A stretch of 64,000 nucleotides of DNA from Promethearchaeota archaeon (GTDB lineage: Archaea; Asgardarchaeota; Lokiarchaeia; Sigyniarchaeales; SOKP01). Both the position numbers and the translations under genes were made by a program. Positions 61,202 to 64,000 of the stretch are shown here, one piece after another. The DNA lies in the NCBI GenBank assembly GCA_048941015.1, contig JBHLNZ010000010.1, positions 11,162-75,161 of the forward strand, written 5' to 3'. The notes under the pieces were generated by a model, which had not been told where the DNA came from, did no database searches, and saw nothing but the letters and a program-made list of their open reading frames with translations. The stretch's first letter is position 1. Each line of letters starts with the position of its first letter.

Positions 61202-61356
61202 CTAAATTCTAGTTAAAATAGAATCTTATGAAGTATTAGAACCAATAATTTTTAAGAATAACCATTTATTTAACAAGATTGTAATCTTAATTTAGTTGTA
61301 AAATTTGAATATTAGAAATACTAACGATTATATAGAAAGTATTTTTTTGATTTAGC

Positions 61357-62250
61357 ATGAGTAAAAAAGTAGTGTTTTCAGCACGACAAAATCATGAAAT
61401 TATCAATGCTATAGTTAATAATCTATCAAAAGCGAGAGGTATTGATCTTTTTATTCATGATCCTACAAAACATTTTTTTTATCTATCTAATGTACCTAAG
61501 CAAATTCAGGAGGCAGATTTAATTTTAGTAAAAGTGAGAAATGAATGTTCTGTTGACCTTTTACATTATGCAAAAATAAATAATATCCCGACTTTGCACG
61601 ATGTTGATACCGTTTTGATGTGTAAAAATAAAGTTGCACTAGATTATGCCTTGAGAAAAGTTTTTAAAGAAAATTCTAATGATTTAAAAAATTTTTCATT
61701 ACCTAAGGCATGGACTCAAAACCTAAAATATAATAAAGATTTCGACAGCTGGGCTAAAGCTAAGCTACCGATTGTTATAAAGAGCCATTATCAGCATGAT
61801 AAGTGGAATCGATTTACATTTTTAGTTAGAAAATTAGATGAGATTATCACTTTTCGTAAAATGTATGAAAAGTTTTTAACTTATGATGTGTATATTCAAA
61901 AATTCATCGATTGTGATGGAATTGAAAGAAAAGTATATGTGGTAGGGGATAAAGTTTTTGGAATTCAGAGAGAAAACCCAATATATCTTTTTATGAGAGA
62001 AAATCTAAGTAAGATTAAAGTAAATACTATAGAGAGAAATGAATTCAGAATAACGGATGAAATTAAAAGATTAGCAAAAATTTTATCAAAAGGATTAAAT
62101 CTGAAAATTTTTGGATTTGATTTAATCAAACCTATCGAACAGCATCGTTTTTATTTGGTTGATTTAAATGATTTCCCTGGTTTTAGAGGCATAAATAACA
62201 TAGAAAAGATACTTTCAGATTATTTAAAGAATTTTATTTTAAATTCTTAA
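61357..62250 (+). CDS. ATP-grasp protein, ITPK1-like inositol phosphate kinase candidate
   Basis: PIVIK, YIQKFI, RKVYVVG, IFGFDLI, LVDLNDFPGF. Confidence 0.82.
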   Translation: MSKKVVFSARQNHEIINAIVNNLSKARGIDLFIHDPTKHFFYLSNVPKQIQEADLILVKVRNECSVDLLHYAKINNIPTLHDVDTVLMCKNKVALDYALRKVFKENSNDLKNFSLPKAWTQNLKYNKDFDSWAKAKLPIVIKSHYQHDKWNRFTFLVRKLDEIITFRKMYEKFLTYDVYIQKFIDCDGIERKVYVVGDKVFGIQRENPIYLFMRENLSKIKVNTIERNEFRITDEIKRLAKILSKGLNLKIFGFDLIKPIEQHRFYLVDLNDFPGFRGINNIEKILSDYLKNFILNS

Positions 62251-62258
62251 GCCTAAAT

Positions 62259-63110
62259 CTATAAAAGAAATACAGGGACAATAATAATAAAAGATATTAC
62301 TCCATAGAGTATGCAAAAATAGCCAAATCCAACTTTTTTTGCTATCTTGAGTAGGAATTCCATAGAGAGATAGCCTACAATGAAACTAATTACTGTAATT
62401 AATAGTATAATCAAAGGATGAATCATTCCGAATATAGATCCTTCTCCAAAAATGATATCAACTCCAATGGAAGCTAGTGCAACTGGAACTGATATTAGAA
62501 AACTTAACTTTAAAGCATTATTTTGCTCATAATTTTCTAACATTATTGCTGAAATAGTAAATCCTGACCGAGAAACTCCAGGTAAAATCGCGGCTCCTTG
62601 AAATAATCCCGTTATTAGAGAATCTTTTTTCAATTGATTTTTATTGATATTTAAAACGGTTTTTGTACCAAATTTCTTTCTAAATTTAAGTATAAATATT
62701 CCAGTTATGATTAGAAATCCGGAAATAATTAAAGTAATAAGATCTCCATGAGAGGCTGTAAAAACTCCTAAGATAATAATTCGAAAAATAAAATATAAAG
62801 GTAAAGCTACGATAGCAGTACCAACTGTGGCATAAATTATCCAGTTCCTATTCCTAATTGCCATCTCGTCACTTTTAAATTTCTGTGGAGCTAAAGCTTT
62901 AATAATATTAACATATTCGCTTCTAAATTTTAAAAGTACTGCAAATGTTGTACCTAAGTGCAACCAGATACTAAGGCTAAATGCTACTTCTGAAGAGATT
63001 CCAAAAAAATTAATAGCAACGATCATGACTTGTCCAGAAGAGGAAATTGGTAACCATTCTACTAAACCTTGTAATATAGCGATAATAACATATTCAATCA
63101 TATTATTCAC
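62259..63110 (-). CDS. uppP: Undecaprenyl/polyprenyl-diphosphate phosphatase (BacA family)
   Basis: LQGLVEWLPISSSG, LHLGT, PGVSRSG, SFL.S.P. Confidence 0.93.
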   Translation of the reverse strand: MNNMIEYVIIAILQGLVEWLPISSSGQVMIVAINFFGISSEVAFSLSIWLHLGTTFAVLLKFRSEYVNIIKALAPQKFKSDEMAIRNRNWIIYATVGTAIVALPLYFIFRIIILGVFTASHGDLITLIISGFLIITGIFILKFRKKFGTKTVLNINKNQLKKDSLITGLFQGAAILPGVSRSGFTISAIMLENYEQNNALKLSFLISVPVALASIGVDIIFGEGSIFGMIHPLIILLITVISFIVGYLSMEFLLKIAKKVGFGYFCILYGVISFIIIVPVFLL

Positions 63111-63592
63111 TCATACTTTCTAAGTCCTTTAATTATGCATTTATGAATTTGATCTCTTGCCACTCGAAAACCTTCTAATCCCTTCATTGAAGGATCTTTT
63201 ATATCTCCTTTTTCTCCCGCAAATTCTTTTAAAGTGAAAATATCTCGACTATTAGCCTCCATATACTTTAATACGTCTCTTTTATGTTTCTCAGTTAATG
63301 TAAGAATTAGATCAGCTCTATTTATTAATTCAGGATGTTTCTTTAAATCTATTGATAAACTATTATCAGATAACGTGATTCCAACTTCTTTCATAGCTAA
63401 CTTAGCATCCATCGAGATTAACATTCCTTCTCTTGCATGAGTGGCAATTCCACCGGAGTAAATATTTATGTTTAAAGCAGCTTTTGAAAAAATCTCTTTT
63501 AGAAATCCTACTGTCATTGGACTTCTTGCTGTATTAACGCTACAAACAACTAAGATATTCTTATACGGAAAATTGGAGTAGATTTTCGTCAT
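63107..63592 (-). CDS. Low-molecular-weight protein phosphatase family (LMW-PTP/YwlE/ArsC)
   Basis: VCSVNTARSPM P-loop (CX5R), ADLILT, DIKDP. Confidence 0.88.
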   Translation of the reverse strand: MTKIYSNFPYKNILVVCSVNTARSPMTVGFLKEIFSKAALNINIYSGGIATHAREGMLISMDAKLAMKEVGITLSDNSLSIDLKKHPELINRADLILTLTEKHKRDVLKYMEANSRDIFTLKEFAGEKGDIKDPSMKGLEGFRVARDQIHKCIIKGLRKYE

Positions 63593-63694
63593 ATAAATGA
63601 TAATTTTTAATTAAATTTTACTAATAATTTTCTAAATGAAAATAAATTTTAAAACCTTCAATAAAAAAAGCAAATTGAATTTAAAAAATAGAAT

Positions 63695-64000
63695 TCATAA
63701 AAAACTCTCTTTTGTTACAAAATTAATTCCCTTATCTTGCATATTTTTTAAAGAATTCGAGATATTCCCTGGAGGGATATCAATACCTTTAGTCAAATCC
63801 ACTATAAAGTATACCTCAAAACCAAGATCAATCCCATCCATAGCAGTATAATACCCACAATAGTCTAATGCTAATCCGCAAATGAATATTCTATTAATAT
63901 TTAATGATCTCAAATAGCCTGCTAAACCAGTTTCAGATCTTTTATCATTTTCAATAAATCCTGAATAGCTATCAATCTCAGGATTATAACCTTTTCGAAT
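63695..64000 (-). CDS. pncA: Nicotinamidase/pyrazinamidase (5' end outside window)
   Basis: Frame reads IRKGYNPEIDSYSGF...TGLAGYL...CGLALDYC..YTAMD. Confidence 0.9.
   Translation of the reverse strand: MRKGYNPEIDSYSGFIENDKRSETGLAGYLRSLNINRIFICGLALDYCGYYTAMDGIDLGFEVYFIVDLTKGIDIPPGNISNSLKNMQDKGINFVTKESFL

Noticed and set aside
51818-62250. Reading the ATP-grasp genes as RimK/LysX ligases or a RiPP (graspetide) cluster
   Set aside because: They lack the DxR and E-x-N ligase motifs; no precursor peptide or LysW carrier is visible; D-x-N/FP motifs and ino1 adjacency favour kinases. Not fully excluded for 51818..52606.
6454-63851. Short overlapping or antisense ORFs (6454, 8957, 9009, 11833, 12723, 14229, 18860, 24646, 28968, 29293, 30640, 31475, 33497, 37938, 38393, 43012, 43286, 43399, 46176, 47232, 49655, 50995, 53943, 55143, 56028, 58279, 60489, 63234, 63636)
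   Set aside because: They are shadows of well-supported genes, with no motifs and composition typical of off-frame AT-rich sequence.
1-64000. Selenoprotein read-through, CRISPR arrays, IS elements, integrase at the tRNA
   Set aside because: TGA-ending ORFs look complete; no spaced direct repeats, transposase, integrase or tRNA 3' duplication were noticed by eye.

Overview
AT-rich, gene-dense archaeal DNA, most consistent with an Asgard archaeon (Lokiarchaeia-like). This is an inference from gene content: archaeal proteasome beta subunit, SepF, long archaeal FKBP, geranylgeranyl reductase, BHB-type tRNA introns, and uDENN/longin-like, GIFT-like and ITPK1-like proteins. About 55 CDS and one tRNA; no mobile element, CRISPR array or rRNA seen. 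The main highlight is a roughly 12 kb locus (50.8-62.3 kb) where four ATP-grasp proteins (three with ITPK1-type inositol-phosphate-kinase motifs, one degenerate) surround a myo-inositol-1-phosphate synthase and a HAD phosphatase with a heptad poly-lysine tail. It is a candidate lipid-independent inositol polyphosphate synthesis/turnover cluster. Other highlights: a tRNA-Leu(UAA) with two non-canonical introns (D-loop and T-loop); a rhamnose/fucose catabolic locus with an aldehyde:ferredoxin oxidoreductase inside the operon; an Ltp3/Ltp4-DUF35 steroid-aldolase-like operon; and unusual HhH fusions. Two ORFs labelled + in the supplied track (54725..55858 and 59918..61201) are actually on the minus strand. 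All functional calls come from motif recognition by eye; no searches were run.
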